64,000 nucleotides of DNA, taken from Spirochaetaceae bacterium (lineage in GTDB: Bacteria > Spirochaetota > Spirochaetia > DSM-27196 > SKKC01). The translations under genes were made by a program, and so were the position numbers. How positions within the stretch are numbered: position 1 is the first letter of the stretch; each line of letters opens with the position of its first letter. The notes beneath the pieces were generated by a model, which ran no database searches, had not been told where the DNA came from, and saw nothing but the letters and a program-made list of their open reading frames with translations. The stretch covers positions 2,744 to 66,743 of the forward strand of contig JBKHAN010000007.1 in NCBI GenBank assembly GCA_046542845.1, in the 5' to 3' direction. Positions 29,098-39,413 of this stretch are shown here, one piece after another.

Positions 29098-30381
29098 ATG
29101 AACGGTAACCACCGCATAGAACGCTACGTCGCACGGGAAGTATTATTCTCGTTCTTCGTAGCGTTTCTTTTTTTCTTTTTCATATTCTTTGTGAACCAGC
29201 TCCTTCTGCTCGCAGAGGACATTCTGGAAAAACAGGTTCCGGTTATTGACGTGCTCATGCTTCTGGTGTACTCGCTGCCGAGCTGGATCGCACTCGCGGT
29301 CCCGTTCGGAAGCCTGCTTGGGTGCCTTATGGCTCTCGGACGCCTGGCCAACGATAACGAGGTTATTGCAATCCGAGCCGCCGGAATCAGCATGGCCAGA
29401 ATTTTTCGACCGGTGCTCATGATCGGCGTTGGTCTCACCCTTGTATCGTTTATTGTCAACGACTATTTTCTTCCAATCGGAAACCTGAATTTGGTACGAC
29501 GTTACAGAGAGCTCGTTCTTTCGAATCCGGATCTCGAGTTTGAACCCTTTGCAATCAGGGAGTTTCAGGACCTTGTGCTGGTCTCCGGTGATGTCCCGGA
29601 CGGTACCATTGAACAGCTAATGATTATAGAAACCGGGCGGGGCGGCCGGGAGCGCATCATCTCTGCCGGCCGCGCAGAACTTCAGGAAGACGCTGCCGAG
29701 AGCGGGGTCATCTCGCTGAATATGTCAGACGTTTTTGTACACGATCCAGTGGGTGGCAACGCGGAAGATTTCGACTTTTCACGATCAGAAACCATGAACT
29801 ACAACATTCTGCTTCGGGATATCGCATTTTCGATACAGAATCCGACCGCGAGAGAAATGAGCTCGGTGGATGTGCTTGAGATGGTGCGATCGCAGGAGGC
29901 AGACCTTGAACTCCGGCAGTCCGAACAGCAGATGATCGTTGATCGCACGCGCGCCGAGCTCCTGTTGCGGTATCAGATTCTGCAACAAGCGACAATCGAA
30001 GACGCTGCGGCACAGCAGATCGCAACCGGGGAGCTCGAATCCCTGTGGAACCGCTACGTCACGGAACGCGACCGAAGCGTCCATAGTCGGACACTTCAGG
30101 TCAATCGTATAGAGTTTCATAAAAAGTTTTCGATACCCGCTGCGTGCCTTGCATTCGTTATATTCGCGTTTCCCGTCGGTGTACGGGGACGGACCTCAAC
30201 TCGTTCGGTCGGTTTCGGCCTTGGCCTTTTCGTATCGTTCCTGTATTGGGGTGCGATTTTTGCAGGCCAGACTGTCGGTATACAGCAACCGCAGATTCCA
30301 GCCTTCCTGACCATGTGGGCTCCAAACGTTATTCTGGCTGTACTCGGCGCTCTCCTGTTCGCGCATGGACGACGAGCATGA
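29098..30381 (+). CDS. lptF: LptF/LptG family (YjgP/YjgQ) permease
   Basis: 427 aa with an N-terminal Y.....L..F......F.F.....L pattern, multiple TM helices and a large periplasmic insert. It is paired with a second family member. Confidence 0.7.
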   Translation: MNGNHRIERYVAREVLFSFFVAFLFFFFIFFVNQLLLLAEDILEKQVPVIDVLMLLVYSLPSWIALAVPFGSLLGCLMALGRLANDNEVIAIRAAGISMARIFRPVLMIGVGLTLVSFIVNDYFLPIGNLNLVRRYRELVLSNPDLEFEPFAIREFQDLVLVSGDVPDGTIEQLMIIETGRGGRERIISAGRAELQEDAAESGVISLNMSDVFVHDPVGGNAEDFDFSRSETMNYNILLRDIAFSIQNPTAREMSSVDVLEMVRSQEADLELRQSEQQMIVDRTRAELLLRYQILQQATIEDAAAQQIATGELESLWNRYVTERDRSVHSRTLQVNRIEFHKKFSIPAACLAFVIFAFPVGVRGRTSTRSVGFGLGLFVSFLYWGAIFAGQTVGIQQPQIPAFLTMWAPNVILAVLGALLFAHGRRA

Positions 30382-31457
30382 ACACCACCCTCGATCGACT
30401 GACCCTGCGGAGCTTCTTCCCGGTCTTTTTGATCTCACTGCTTTTTTTTGTGCTCATACTGCAACTTGTCGATCTGTTCGAGCACATCGTGACCTATCTG
30501 AATCGGGAGGTTGCAGCGAGGTCCGTCGCATGGTCGCAACTGCTTTTTCTACCGCGGACGCTGGTCTTTTCAGTCCCGCCGGCGCTGTTGTTCGCTATCA
30601 GCTACACGCTCGGTTCAATGTACTCGAATAACGAACTGATTGCAGTTTTCAGTGCAGGCCGCCCTTTGAGACGTTTCGTACTGCCTCTCATAGGCGTGTC
30701 AATCCTTGCCGGTATAAGCCTGTTCTTTTTTGAAAACACCGTTGCCATCCCCTCACAAAGTGCCCGAAACGAGCTGCAACGACAGCTTATTGGCGGGTCA
30801 GGCTTCTCTTCAACAAATACCACGATAAGCTGGAACGGAGGCAGACTGGTATTTTTTACCGAGTACTATGCGCGCAGCAGCGACACCATGGACAGGGTCA
30901 CGGTAGTCGAGCGGTCTCCGGAGGGCGAGCTCGTGCGCCGTATCAACGCACGGAGCGCGCGATGGGAGGATTCGCGGTGGGTTTTCACGGATGCAATTGT
31001 ATTCGAGCTTGATGAAACTCCCCGAGACGCCGTCGCAACTCGCCACGAAGAGTATTCCAATGACGGCTACGACGTTCGGCCCGAAGTGTTTCGACGGGGA
31101 AGCGAAGACATACAGGACATGGGGCTCGCCGAAGCGCGAAATTTCATACGTCAACGGCAGGATGCAGGGCTGCCTTCGCGAAAGGTGGAAACCGACTATC
31201 TGTCCCGCTATGCTTTTGCGATGACACCGGTTATCGTTGCGATTTTCGCCACCGCGGTCGGAAGCAGAGTCAAGAAAAGCGTACTCCTTTTGAGTCTTCT
31301 TTCGGCCCTCATTCTGTCAATCCTGTTTTACGTTTCGAGCATGGTGTTTGGCCTGTTCGCTCGCTTCGGCTACCTTTCGCCTTCGGCTGGGGCATTCGGT
31401 CCGGTATTGCTATTCCTGTTTTTATCCATACTATCATTATTTCGAGCACGCACATGA
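30378..31457 (+). CDS. lptG: LptF/LptG family (YjgP/YjgQ) permease
   Basis: Its start ATG 30378 overlaps the lptF stop (ATGA). MNTTLDRLTLRSFFPVFLISLLFFVLILQLVDLF... with 6 predicted TM helices. The track start at 30144 is an out-of-context extension inside lptF. Confidence 0.7.
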   Translation: MNTTLDRLTLRSFFPVFLISLLFFVLILQLVDLFEHIVTYLNREVAARSVAWSQLLFLPRTLVFSVPPALLFAISYTLGSMYSNNELIAVFSAGRPLRRFVLPLIGVSILAGISLFFFENTVAIPSQSARNELQRQLIGGSGFSSTNTTISWNGGRLVFFTEYYARSSDTMDRVTVVERSPEGELVRRINARSARWEDSRWVFTDAIVFELDETPRDAVATRHEEYSNDGYDVRPEVFRRGSEDIQDMGLAEARNFIRQRQDAGLPSRKVETDYLSRYAFAMTPVIVAIFATAVGSRVKKSVLLLSLLSALILSILFYVSSMVFGLFARFGYLSPSAGAFGPVLLFLFLSILSLFRART

Positions 31458-32599
31458 CTTTTACCTCACAGCATTTACATCTTACCCATTACGATACTCA
31501 CTCTTCGGCTCGTAGCGGGACGCTCTCGCTTCCGCACGGAGACGTGGCAACTCCCGCATTTATGCCGGTCGGCACCGCGGCGAGCGTCAAGGCGGCGGCC
31601 CATCGCGACGTTGAAGCGCTCGGTTTCAAGCTGATTCTGGGCAACACGTATCATCTTTTTCTCCGTCCTGGAATCGAGATTATACAATCCGCCGGCGGAC
31701 TTCATTCCTTCAGTAACTGGCGGCACAATATTCTCACCGACTCGGGCGGCTACCAGGTATTCTCGCTTGCGCCGTTTCGCAAGATTCGCGACGAAGGGGT
31801 ATACTTTCGCAGTCACATCGACGGCTCATATCACACCCTGACACCCGAACGCGTCGTACGGATTCAGGAAGCGCTCGGAAGCGATATACAGATGGTTCTC
31901 GACGTGTGTACGGGATACGACGTTTCCCGACGGGAGTCCGAGTCAGCGGTGAAAGTTACCAGCGACTGGGCGCGTCGCGCCTTCGAGGAATATCGCCAGT
32001 GCGGTCCAGCGTACCATGGACTGCTGTTCGGAATTGTTCAGGGAAACTTCCATCATGATCTGAGACAGCAGAGTGCTCAGGAAATCACGTCAATTCCATT
32101 TCCGGGTTTCGCTATCGGAGGACTGTCGGTAGGGGAGCCGTTTCCGGTTTTTCAGGAGTTTCTATCATCAACCGCGGCTCTACTCCCCGTCGACAAGCCA
32201 CGCTATGTTATGGGCATCGGTACGCCCGAATACATACTCGAGGCGGTGGAGCACGGAATCGATATGTTTGACTGCGTATTTCCGACGCGGATCGCGCGCA
32301 ACGGCACTGTGTTTACCCGCGACGGGCGCATCGCGCTCCGAAACAGGCGTTTTCGGGACGACTTTGGATCGCTCGACCCGGATACCCCGTGCGCGTTGAC
32401 CGACGGCTACTCTCGCTCGTACGTCCGGCATCTGCTTATGGCAGGTGAGATACTCGCGCCTATGATCGCCACGATACACAACCTGAATTTTCTCGCGGTC
32501 ATGATGGAGGAGATACGTGAATCGATAGTGGCGGGCCGTTTTCTCGAATACAAGAAGGCGTTTCTGAGTCGTTACAGCCGGGACCCTGCAGATGCCTGA
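31454..32599 (+). CDS. tgt: Queuine tRNA-ribosyltransferase (Tgt), zinc-site variant
   Basis: TPAFMPVGT, LGNTYHL, LTDSGGYQVFSL, GLSVGEP, YVMGIGTPEYILEAVEHGIDMFDCVFPTR and YSRSYVRHL...TIHNL. It overlaps the lptG stop by 4 nt. Confidence 0.9.
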   Translation: MTFTSQHLHLTHYDTHSSARSGTLSLPHGDVATPAFMPVGTAASVKAAAHRDVEALGFKLILGNTYHLFLRPGIEIIQSAGGLHSFSNWRHNILTDSGGYQVFSLAPFRKIRDEGVYFRSHIDGSYHTLTPERVVRIQEALGSDIQMVLDVCTGYDVSRRESESAVKVTSDWARRAFEEYRQCGPAYHGLLFGIVQGNFHHDLRQQSAQEITSIPFPGFAIGGLSVGEPFPVFQEFLSSTAALLPVDKPRYVMGIGTPEYILEAVEHGIDMFDCVFPTRIARNGTVFTRDGRIALRNRRFRDDFGSLDPDTPCALTDGYSRSYVRHLLMAGEILAPMIATIHNLNFLAVMMEEIRESIVAGRFLEYKKAFLSRYSRDPADA

Positions 32600-34190
32600 C
32601 AATCTGCCTCCCCACGAACCTCACGGCCACGGGATCGAGAGCATGAATCGCAGTGCACGGAGCGCTCTGCTGGTCATGCTCACCACCTTTGCATCCCGTA
32701 TCCTCGGGTTCATAAAAATGGCCGTCATAGGGAGTATCTTCGGCGCAGGGGCCCGGGCGGATGTGCTCCATCTTGTGTTCGTGATTCCGAACAATCTCCG
32801 AAAACTCCTCGCTGAAGGAGCACTGTCTTCGGCGTTTATACCTGTGGTGTCGGAAAGGATCGTAAATGATCCCGGCGGTCGAAGCGCTCCCGATCTGGTG
32901 CGGCGACTGTTGACCTTTCAAGCCATGATTCTCGTCCCCGTTATCGGTCTCTCGATTCTCTTCGCCCCCGGACTCATACGAATTCTTCTCGATTTCCAGG
33001 ATCCCCGACAGCTCGAACTCGCGACCGAGCTCTTTCGCTACATTATTCCCTATCTGTTTCTGATAAGTATTTCAGCCGTCCTCGTCGGCACGCTGAACAG
33101 TCACAACAGGTTTTTTATTCCGGCCGTTGCACCTCTTGCATTCAGTGTGTCAGTCATCGCCGGAATCGCACTCTTTGCCGACACGCTTGATGTTTTTTCG
33201 ATGGCGGTCGGTGTGACAGTCGGAGGAACGTTACAGCTCCTGCTGCTCGTTCCGCAGTTTTACAGGCTCGGGTACCGATTCCGCTTGCTGTCGCCGGGTA
33301 ACGACCCGCATATGAAGCGCATCCTCACTCAGTGGCTGCCGGTACTCGCGACGGCCGGTGTATACAGTGTCAACCAGCAGATCGCGATGCGTTTCGCCTC
33401 CGGTCTCGACCCGGGAAGCGGTTCCGCCATGCAGAATGCACTCGTATTCTGGCAGCTTCCGTTCGGGCTGTTTTCAGCGTCGATTACGACGGTACTCTTC
33501 CCCCGTATGAGTCGTCAGATTGCATCTGACGACCGCGAGGGGGTCAGAGACACGCTTGAAACGGGCCTCAGGTACCTGGTTGGCCTTCTCGTCCCGTCGG
33601 CGGTTTTTCTGGGACTGTTCGGAACCGAGACGATTGCTTCGGCACTGCAGAGCGGAGCCTTTACCCGCGCGAACAGTCTTCTCGCCGGTGATGTCCTTGG
33701 CGCGTACTCGCTCGGGCTGTTCAGCGTCGGTGCCTATACCTTCGTACAGCGATTCTTCTACGCCCGTGGCGATTTCCGCACGCCCCTGTACACATCGGCG
33801 TTGGTTCTCCTGATCGACGTCGTGCTCAGTCTATGGCTCAAGGAGACTCCGTTACGGGTTCGTGGGCTCGCTGTCGCACATTCCATCGCTTTTACTGCAG
33901 GCTTGAGTATTCTTCTGCTTCGTGTCAGACAGGCGTCGGGACAGTTGAACATGAAAGCCTTCGGCTCGACGGTCATCAAAACGCTCGTCGCTTCCGCGGC
34001 TCTGGCTCTGTACCTAATCGGCATGCGACTGCTTCTACCGACGATATTTATCGGTGGAAGAAGCCTGACAAGCATTCTGTCGGTCACGCTCGTCGCTGCA
34101 GGCGGAGCAGTCGTGACTCTTGCATTGATGTGGATCATGAACGTTGAAGTTGTAACGGTCTTTCTGAAGAACAGGATTTACCGTCGTTAG
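32592..34190 (+). CDS. murJ: Lipid II flippase MurJ (MviN)
   Basis: TFASRILGFIK..VIGSIFGAG...D......IPN.LR.LLAEGALSSAFIPV is the MurJ N-terminal signature. About 14 TM helices follow. The start is ATG 32592 or ATG 32643 (MNRSARS...). Confidence 0.85.
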   Translation: MPDNLPPHEPHGHGIESMNRSARSALLVMLTTFASRILGFIKMAVIGSIFGAGARADVLHLVFVIPNNLRKLLAEGALSSAFIPVVSERIVNDPGGRSAPDLVRRLLTFQAMILVPVIGLSILFAPGLIRILLDFQDPRQLELATELFRYIIPYLFLISISAVLVGTLNSHNRFFIPAVAPLAFSVSVIAGIALFADTLDVFSMAVGVTVGGTLQLLLLVPQFYRLGYRFRLLSPGNDPHMKRILTQWLPVLATAGVYSVNQQIAMRFASGLDPGSGSAMQNALVFWQLPFGLFSASITTVLFPRMSRQIASDDREGVRDTLETGLRYLVGLLVPSAVFLGLFGTETIASALQSGAFTRANSLLAGDVLGAYSLGLFSVGAYTFVQRFFYARGDFRTPLYTSALVLLIDVVLSLWLKETPLRVRGLAVAHSIAFTAGLSILLLRVRQASGQLNMKAFGSTVIKTLVASAALALYLIGMRLLLPTIFIGGRSLTSILSVTLVAAGGAVVTLALMWIMNVEVVTVFLKNRIYRR

Positions 34191-34235
34191 GACAGGGCTG
34201 TACGGGCACCCCCGGTATACCGATATATTCACCAT

Positions 34236-35666
34236 ATGAACGTCAGAAATAAACTCGCGTATGCGCTTGTATCCATGTTCCTCGTAGTGAACGCGAGCGC
34301 TCAGACAACGGACGATGCAGCAGACGAAGCGGACGAAGCCGCGGAAGTGTTCGAAGCCGAAGTCGAGACCTATAGCGAAGCCGACCGGGAAACGCGACGG
34401 GAACAGGAAGAAGAATGGCGGGAGACGCTGCGCTTCGGGATAGATACGCAGGTAGCGGAGCTCATTTCGACGCTCACCGAACAGCGCGTGGAAGCGCTCG
34501 CCGACGATATCGTTGAGCTTCTCTCAGAGGATCGCTCTTCAGCGGTAATCGAGCGCGCGATCGGGTACTTTCAGGAAATCGAGGACCCGCGAGGTGAGTC
34601 CGCAGCTCGCGAAGTGGTCAGCGAGTTCGATACGCGTACCGAAACGACGGTCCTCGAAGCCATACGGTATATAAGCAACACGCTAACCGAATCCGACGAC
34701 GACACGCGAGAGGTTCTGCGCACTGCCGTCGAGTTTGCGTCCGAGCGTGTAGCGGCCGAGGCCGCCCTTGCGCTGGGGCGAATCGGCGACACTGATTCGA
34801 TTCCAGTGCTGCAAGAGATATTCGAGCGCCGAAGCAGCGTCGCCATACAGGGCAACATAATGCTCGCGTTTGGAGAACTGGGTCCCGCAGCCGACGGTGC
34901 GGTCGAGTGGCTTATTGCCCTTGCGGAATCCGAATCGCAGTCCAACACCGTTCGGTACTACGCGGTGGACGCGCTTGGGCGGATCGGAAGTCCCGAAGCG
35001 GTGTCACCGGTGCGGGCGCTGCTTTCGTCGGACGACGCGCTTATGCGTGCGTACGCCCTGTCGGCGCTGCTCGCCCTCGAGGCGGATGATCTCGATACGG
35101 CACTGTTGTCTGCGATACGCGACGATAACTGGCGGGTGCGGCAGCTCGCCGTCGAAGGTATGGGAGCGTCCGGTAACAGGGAACACGTCAACGCGGTCTC
35201 TTTTGTCTCGCGACGCGACCCCGATCATCGGGTCCGTCGCAGCGCGCTGCAAAGCCTCGCCGACCTTGATACCGGGGAAGGGTGGGACGTGATACGGTCG
35301 CTGATGCTGTCTCGTTCTGCGCCGCACGAATCGCGAACTTTCGCGGTCGAATTGATCGCAGAACAACCCGGCGCACCGACGATCGAAGCATTGGTGGAAC
35401 TATACGAACAGGAAGAAGGCAACCGGGACCGTCGACTGCTGCAGCAGCTCGCGAGGAGCGCCTCCACCATGGAAAGCCGCGAACTGGAACCTCTGTACGA
35501 ACTCCTTCTGTCCCACGAGGATGTGGCGATACAGACCTACGCGGTGCGAGGCATAGCCTTAAACCGCATGGGTTCTTTCAGAGAACAGCTTGAGCGCTAC
35601 TCCGAGCGCGAAGGAGGGCCCGTGTCGCTGCGGCGTGCAGTCGACGAGGCCCTCGACAACATGTGA
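34236..35666 (+). CDS. Secreted HEAT/PBS-lyase-like repeat protein
   Basis: Signal peptide (LAYALVSMFLVVNASAQ), an acidic linker, then repeated A..ALG.IG....V..L..LL.D......A..AL units typical of HEAT_PBS repeats. Confidence 0.65.
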   Translation: MNVRNKLAYALVSMFLVVNASAQTTDDAADEADEAAEVFEAEVETYSEADRETRREQEEEWRETLRFGIDTQVAELISTLTEQRVEALADDIVELLSEDRSSAVIERAIGYFQEIEDPRGESAAREVVSEFDTRTETTVLEAIRYISNTLTESDDDTREVLRTAVEFASERVAAEAALALGRIGDTDSIPVLQEIFERRSSVAIQGNIMLAFGELGPAADGAVEWLIALAESESQSNTVRYYAVDALGRIGSPEAVSPVRALLSSDDALMRAYALSALLALEADDLDTALLSAIRDDNWRVRQLAVEGMGASGNREHVNAVSFVSRRDPDHRVRRSALQSLADLDTGEGWDVIRSLMLSRSAPHESRTFAVELIAEQPGAPTIEALVELYEQEEGNRDRRLLQQLARSASTMESRELEPLYELLLSHEDVAIQTYAVRGIALNRMGSFREQLERYSEREGGPVSLRRAVDEALDNM

Positions 35667-35696
35667 GTTTTGCGTATCCGTGTGAGACCCGCCCGG

Positions 35697-38396
35697 TCAG
35701 CTCTTGAGCACCGGTTCTATGGCTTTCACTTCGTACTTGTACTGGTGATCTCCGACAGAAAAATCAAGCACGTCGCCGACCCTGTGATCGTACAGCGCCT
35801 TGCCGAGGGGTGACTGATAGTTAATAACCCCATGCTCCGGGTCCGACTCCCACGGGCCGAGTATCGTAAAGGAAACGGTCTCGTTCTTTCTGATATCGAA
35901 CAGTTCAGCCTTCGTTCCGAAAGAAATCACTTCGGTGTCTACGTCCTGCGGACGCACGATTGAGACCCGCTGAAGATCGTCGGTCAGGCGGGCAGCATCG
36001 TTGTTCAATTGCTCCTGACGCTCTTTCGCTGCCTTATACTCGGCGTTTTCCTTCAGGTCACCGTATTCCCGCGCCGCAGCAATCTCCTGTGAGTTCTTTG
36101 GAACCTCGACGGAGTGAATGAGTTCAAGCTCCTTCTGCTTCGCTTCATAGCTCGACGCGATGGTCATGAAGCCACCCCGGCGCACCGTTTCGGGTCCCTG
36201 ATCACCGTAAAAACGGAAATCCGGGAAACGTTTGATTACAATATTCTTAAGATCCAGGCCAATGGTCGGGTCAAGTCCGGCAACGTCTTCAACGAGCGTG
36301 TAGATGCGTTGTATGGACTCTTCGTCCACCGTCTCAAGCGCATCAGCAAGCCTTCGTTCCTTGAACAGGAAGGTCTGCACCTGCCGGTTGATACGCCGGT
36401 TCTCCGTGACGTCCCGTCGATTCTCAATGTCCCGGAAGGTGAGGTCCAGGATGTGCACCAGGTTAATAAGCATTTTTTCGTAACTGAGACCAATCGCCTC
36501 GTACCAGGGGATCTCTTCGCTGTGGCGAGCGAGCCATACAAAGGCTTCGCGATAATCCCGGTAACCGTCGGCAATCTGTCGGTAGATCTTATGCAACGCG
36601 TCGGTCTTGCCGGCTGCTTCAAGATCGTCGAGTAATTCCTTGCTGAGATAGTGCGGAAATACATGGACAAATATTGTGTCCCACTCGGAATGATGCTTTC
36701 GAAGCTGTCGCAGAAACGACTTGCGAATGTCGGCGTTCGCGATGTTTCGAAAGATCTCTTCGATGTTCGACGCGTGTTCAAGATAGTCTTCGAACGCAAG
36801 ATTCACGCCCGGATTCAAATACGGATGCTCGGAAATCACGCGCTGCAGCACCAGGACACTTCCGAAGGTATACTCATTGACCTCGGAGACAGACCGGAGA
36901 TATCCGGTAAAATAATCGACCATCTCGCGAACGAATTCTGTATCACTCGCCTCAACATCTCCACGTTCGACGTAGCGAAGGAACTCGAACAGGGTTTTCG
37001 CGCGGTCGAAGAAGCTCTTTTCGGCTTTGAAGCGGTTATACATTTTTTCTTCAAGGGTGATGGGCTGCTCGCGAACCGAATAGCTGTCCACCTTGTCCGG
37101 GACGTTCCAGAAGCGCTCATCCGTCTTCAGAATCTCCCGCGCGCGCGTGCTCCAGCTCGACCACTCACCCTGGGTGAGGATAGATGGGACGAGCTCGGCT
37201 TTGATCGCTTTCATATCCGCAGAGTTGTTCATACTGCGTATTATGATCTCAAGCGCCCAGTCCGGATTCTTCTTTACTTCCTTCCGCAAGCGGTCTTTCT
37301 TTCGTGTTGTCTTGAGTACCCAGATATGGTCCTTCGGAAGTACGGTGAGCGCACTCACCGCCATCTTCAGGGACATCGTATGATTTCTTCGTTTTACAAA
37401 GTCGATGGTGATCTCGTCGTCGTCTATACCCCGGATCAGACCGACACCCCAGCTTCTGTGAAACACGAAATTCCCGGCGTCAAAAGCGATGTGCTTCTCG
37501 AAATCGGCTATAGCATCGTGAACATTGCGCCAGCCCTGATTCAGATTGCTGAGTTTTATGTATTCGTCGAGGTGGCTGTGGTGCGAATAAAGCTCACGAT
37601 AGCACTCGGTGATCTCTTTCCGGGCCCAGGGATTCTTCGCATCGTACGTGAGGACACGTTTCAGGATTGTGATCGCGGTCTGATAATCTTCTTCCTGCCG
37701 AAAATGCGGGTACAGATCCTCAAGAAGCTGAATCGCGCGCTCTTCGCTCAGGGCACGAGAGATTTTTCGCTCGGCGTGGAAGAAGAACTCGGTCTCACCC
37801 AGGGAATCTTTAATGAGCTTGTGCCAGATTTCCTTGATGTTGGAGAACGACTTCTTTGCGATGTACCGGTGCAGCGCTTTCTTGTAGTAACCAAGCGCTT
37901 CTTCAGGGAGACCCTTCTTTTCCTTGTATTCGGCGAGCTGTTTAACAATATCTGCTTCGTCAAAATCGATGCGTATCAGGCGCTCCCAGGTCGCGTACAT
38001 CTCGTCGACCATATTGTCGTTGTTGTAGCTGTCTGCCAGCGTCCTCAGGGCGAACTTGTTTTCGCCATGGTCGAGTATGCGTTCACAGAGGTACCTGACA
38101 ATTGCCCACTTGTGATTGTCGATAAAAATTTCGATCAATGAGACCAGATTCGCATCGTCGACATTCTGGCGTCGGATCTTGATCCTGCCCGATATGTACA
38201 GCGCGATAATGCTGTTTTTGGTGTGGTGCAGGTGCTCGTTGCACAGTTCGAGCACCTCGTCTGCCTGTTCCTTGTCCTGTATTTGTTCAATGAGCTTATC
38301 CAGTTCGCTGAAATTTGCTACCGTGTAGTTATTCAGGGTTGCTCGGGTCCATTTTTCTTCGTTCAGTAGCTCAGTAATTCGCTCAGTCAGCTGCAT
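35697..38396 (-). CDS. greA: Long-form transcription elongation factor GreA (~740-aa N-terminal extension + C-terminal GreA)
   Basis: The C-terminal ~155 aa is a complete GreA (AAAREYGDLKENAEYKAAKERQ...SFGTKAELFD...SPLGKALYDHRVGDVLDF). I moved the start to ATG 38396 (MQLTERI...), with AGGAG (complement of 38405-38409) about 8 nt upstream. The track start is 38444. Confidence 0.85.
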   Translation of the reverse strand: MQLTERITELLNEEKWTRATLNNYTVANFSELDKLIEQIQDKEQADEVLELCNEHLHHTKNSIIALYISGRIKIRRQNVDDANLVSLIEIFIDNHKWAIVRYLCERILDHGENKFALRTLADSYNNDNMVDEMYATWERLIRIDFDEADIVKQLAEYKEKKGLPEEALGYYKKALHRYIAKKSFSNIKEIWHKLIKDSLGETEFFFHAERKISRALSEERAIQLLEDLYPHFRQEEDYQTAITILKRVLTYDAKNPWARKEITECYRELYSHHSHLDEYIKLSNLNQGWRNVHDAIADFEKHIAFDAGNFVFHRSWGVGLIRGIDDDEITIDFVKRRNHTMSLKMAVSALTVLPKDHIWVLKTTRKKDRLRKEVKKNPDWALEIIIRSMNNSADMKAIKAELVPSILTQGEWSSWSTRAREILKTDERFWNVPDKVDSYSVREQPITLEEKMYNRFKAEKSFFDRAKTLFEFLRYVERGDVEASDTEFVREMVDYFTGYLRSVSEVNEYTFGSVLVLQRVISEHPYLNPGVNLAFEDYLEHASNIEEIFRNIANADIRKSFLRQLRKHHSEWDTIFVHVFPHYLSKELLDDLEAAGKTDALHKIYRQIADGYRDYREAFVWLARHSEEIPWYEAIGLSYEKMLINLVHILDLTFRDIENRRDVTENRRINRQVQTFLFKERRLADALETVDEESIQRIYTLVEDVAGLDPTIGLDLKNIVIKRFPDFRFYGDQGPETVRRGGFMTIASSYEAKQKELELIHSVEVPKNSQEIAAAREYGDLKENAEYKAAKERQEQLNNDAARLTDDLQRVSIVRPQDVDTEVISFGTKAELFDIRKNETVSFTILGPWESDPEHGVINYQSPLGKALYDHRVGDVLDFSVGDHQYKYEVKAIEPVLKS

Positions 38397-38450
38397 GCCA
38401 GTTTCTCCTGCTTTCATCGCCATCATTGCTTCCATTGTCCACATTTATTA

Positions 38451-39413
38451 CTAGTTTGTATAACGCTGGTATATCTTCATACTCAGCTCTCTGATCTTCA
38501 ACAGTATTTCGTCTATCTTGCTTCGTTCTTCGCCGGTATTCGAATAGTGATCTATGAGCCAGAAATAGCGGTTGATAAGACGCGCCTTTTTGGAACCGTC
38601 AATCGTTGCCGGATCTTTTACTTCATGGATTTCCCGCTCAAGAGCGTAAATACTCTGCCGGAGTTTCCCGTATTCAATCGCGCGAAGCTCCCGTTTGACA
38701 GAAAACACACCATACAGAACCCCGTACACCGGAACCCATTCCGCCAGCTCAGCTCCCTCCAGTCCTTCCTCGCGAACCTTTTCGATAAGCCTGCAGATCA
38801 TCTGAGACTCGAGCGAAGAAATGTTTATCCTTTGCGGCGAAATAAAGAAGGCTTCACGAAAAAATGCCTTGGCTTTAACCGCCTCGCCGGTTAAAGCGTA
38901 ACAATCGGCAAGCTCAGCCAGGATTTGCGCGTCTTCCCTGCGTACTTTTCCGGCACGTTCCAGCGCCGAAAGCGCAGAATCATAGTGACCGAGCGCTTTC
39001 TCGCACCGCCCCAGCCGTAACAGAAGCTCGGTATCGGCCGAACCGGCCTGTTCGGCGACGCTCTGATAATTGACGAGAGCCGCTCCGAACACATGAGCCC
39101 GTACCGCGGCCATCCACGGCTCGGACGCTTCACCCACGCGGTCTACGAAGTGCAGAAAATTCTGCCATTGGGACAGGAGAAACTCTCCCTGCTCAAGGGC
39201 ACTGCCAATCTGTTCGAGCAACGACAGCCGGTCTATCCAGAAACGAACATACTTCAGGCTGACAACAAGATCCGGATGGTCAAAGTCCACCGTCAACGCG
39301 TGCTCTAGCAGTTCCGCCGCTTCGACAAGCCTGTGCTCGGAAACGGCCGCTCTGGCGTTCTCAATGAGATCCTGTACTGTCTGACCCTGATGGATCGCGT
39401 CATGTGCCGACAT
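38451..39413 (-). CDS. TPR-like helical repeat protein, upstream of and co-oriented with greA
   Basis: 320-aa all-helical ORF with TPR-like A..Y..A/L..A periodicity (e.g. LGRCEKALGHYDSALSALERAGKV and LADCYALTGEAVKAKAFFREA). It ends 54 nt before the greA start. Confidence 0.6.
   Translation of the reverse strand: MSAHDAIHQGQTVQDLIENARAAVSEHRLVEAAELLEHALTVDFDHPDLVVSLKYVRFWIDRLSLLEQIGSALEQGEFLLSQWQNFLHFVDRVGEASEPWMAAVRAHVFGAALVNYQSVAEQAGSADTELLLRLGRCEKALGHYDSALSALERAGKVRREDAQILAELADCYALTGEAVKAKAFFREAFFISPQRINISSLESQMICRLIEKVREEGLEGAELAEWVPVYGVLYGVFSVKRELRAIEYGKLRQSIYALEREIHEVKDPATIDGSKKARLINRYFWLIDHYSNTGEERSKIDEILLKIRELSMKIYQRYTN

Noticed and set aside
36651-38141. 496-aa ORF antisense to greA.
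   Set aside because: The same codon-register explanation applies (36651-35697 = 954 = 3x318). The sense strand carries unmistakable GreA homology. The antisense translation has no motifs.
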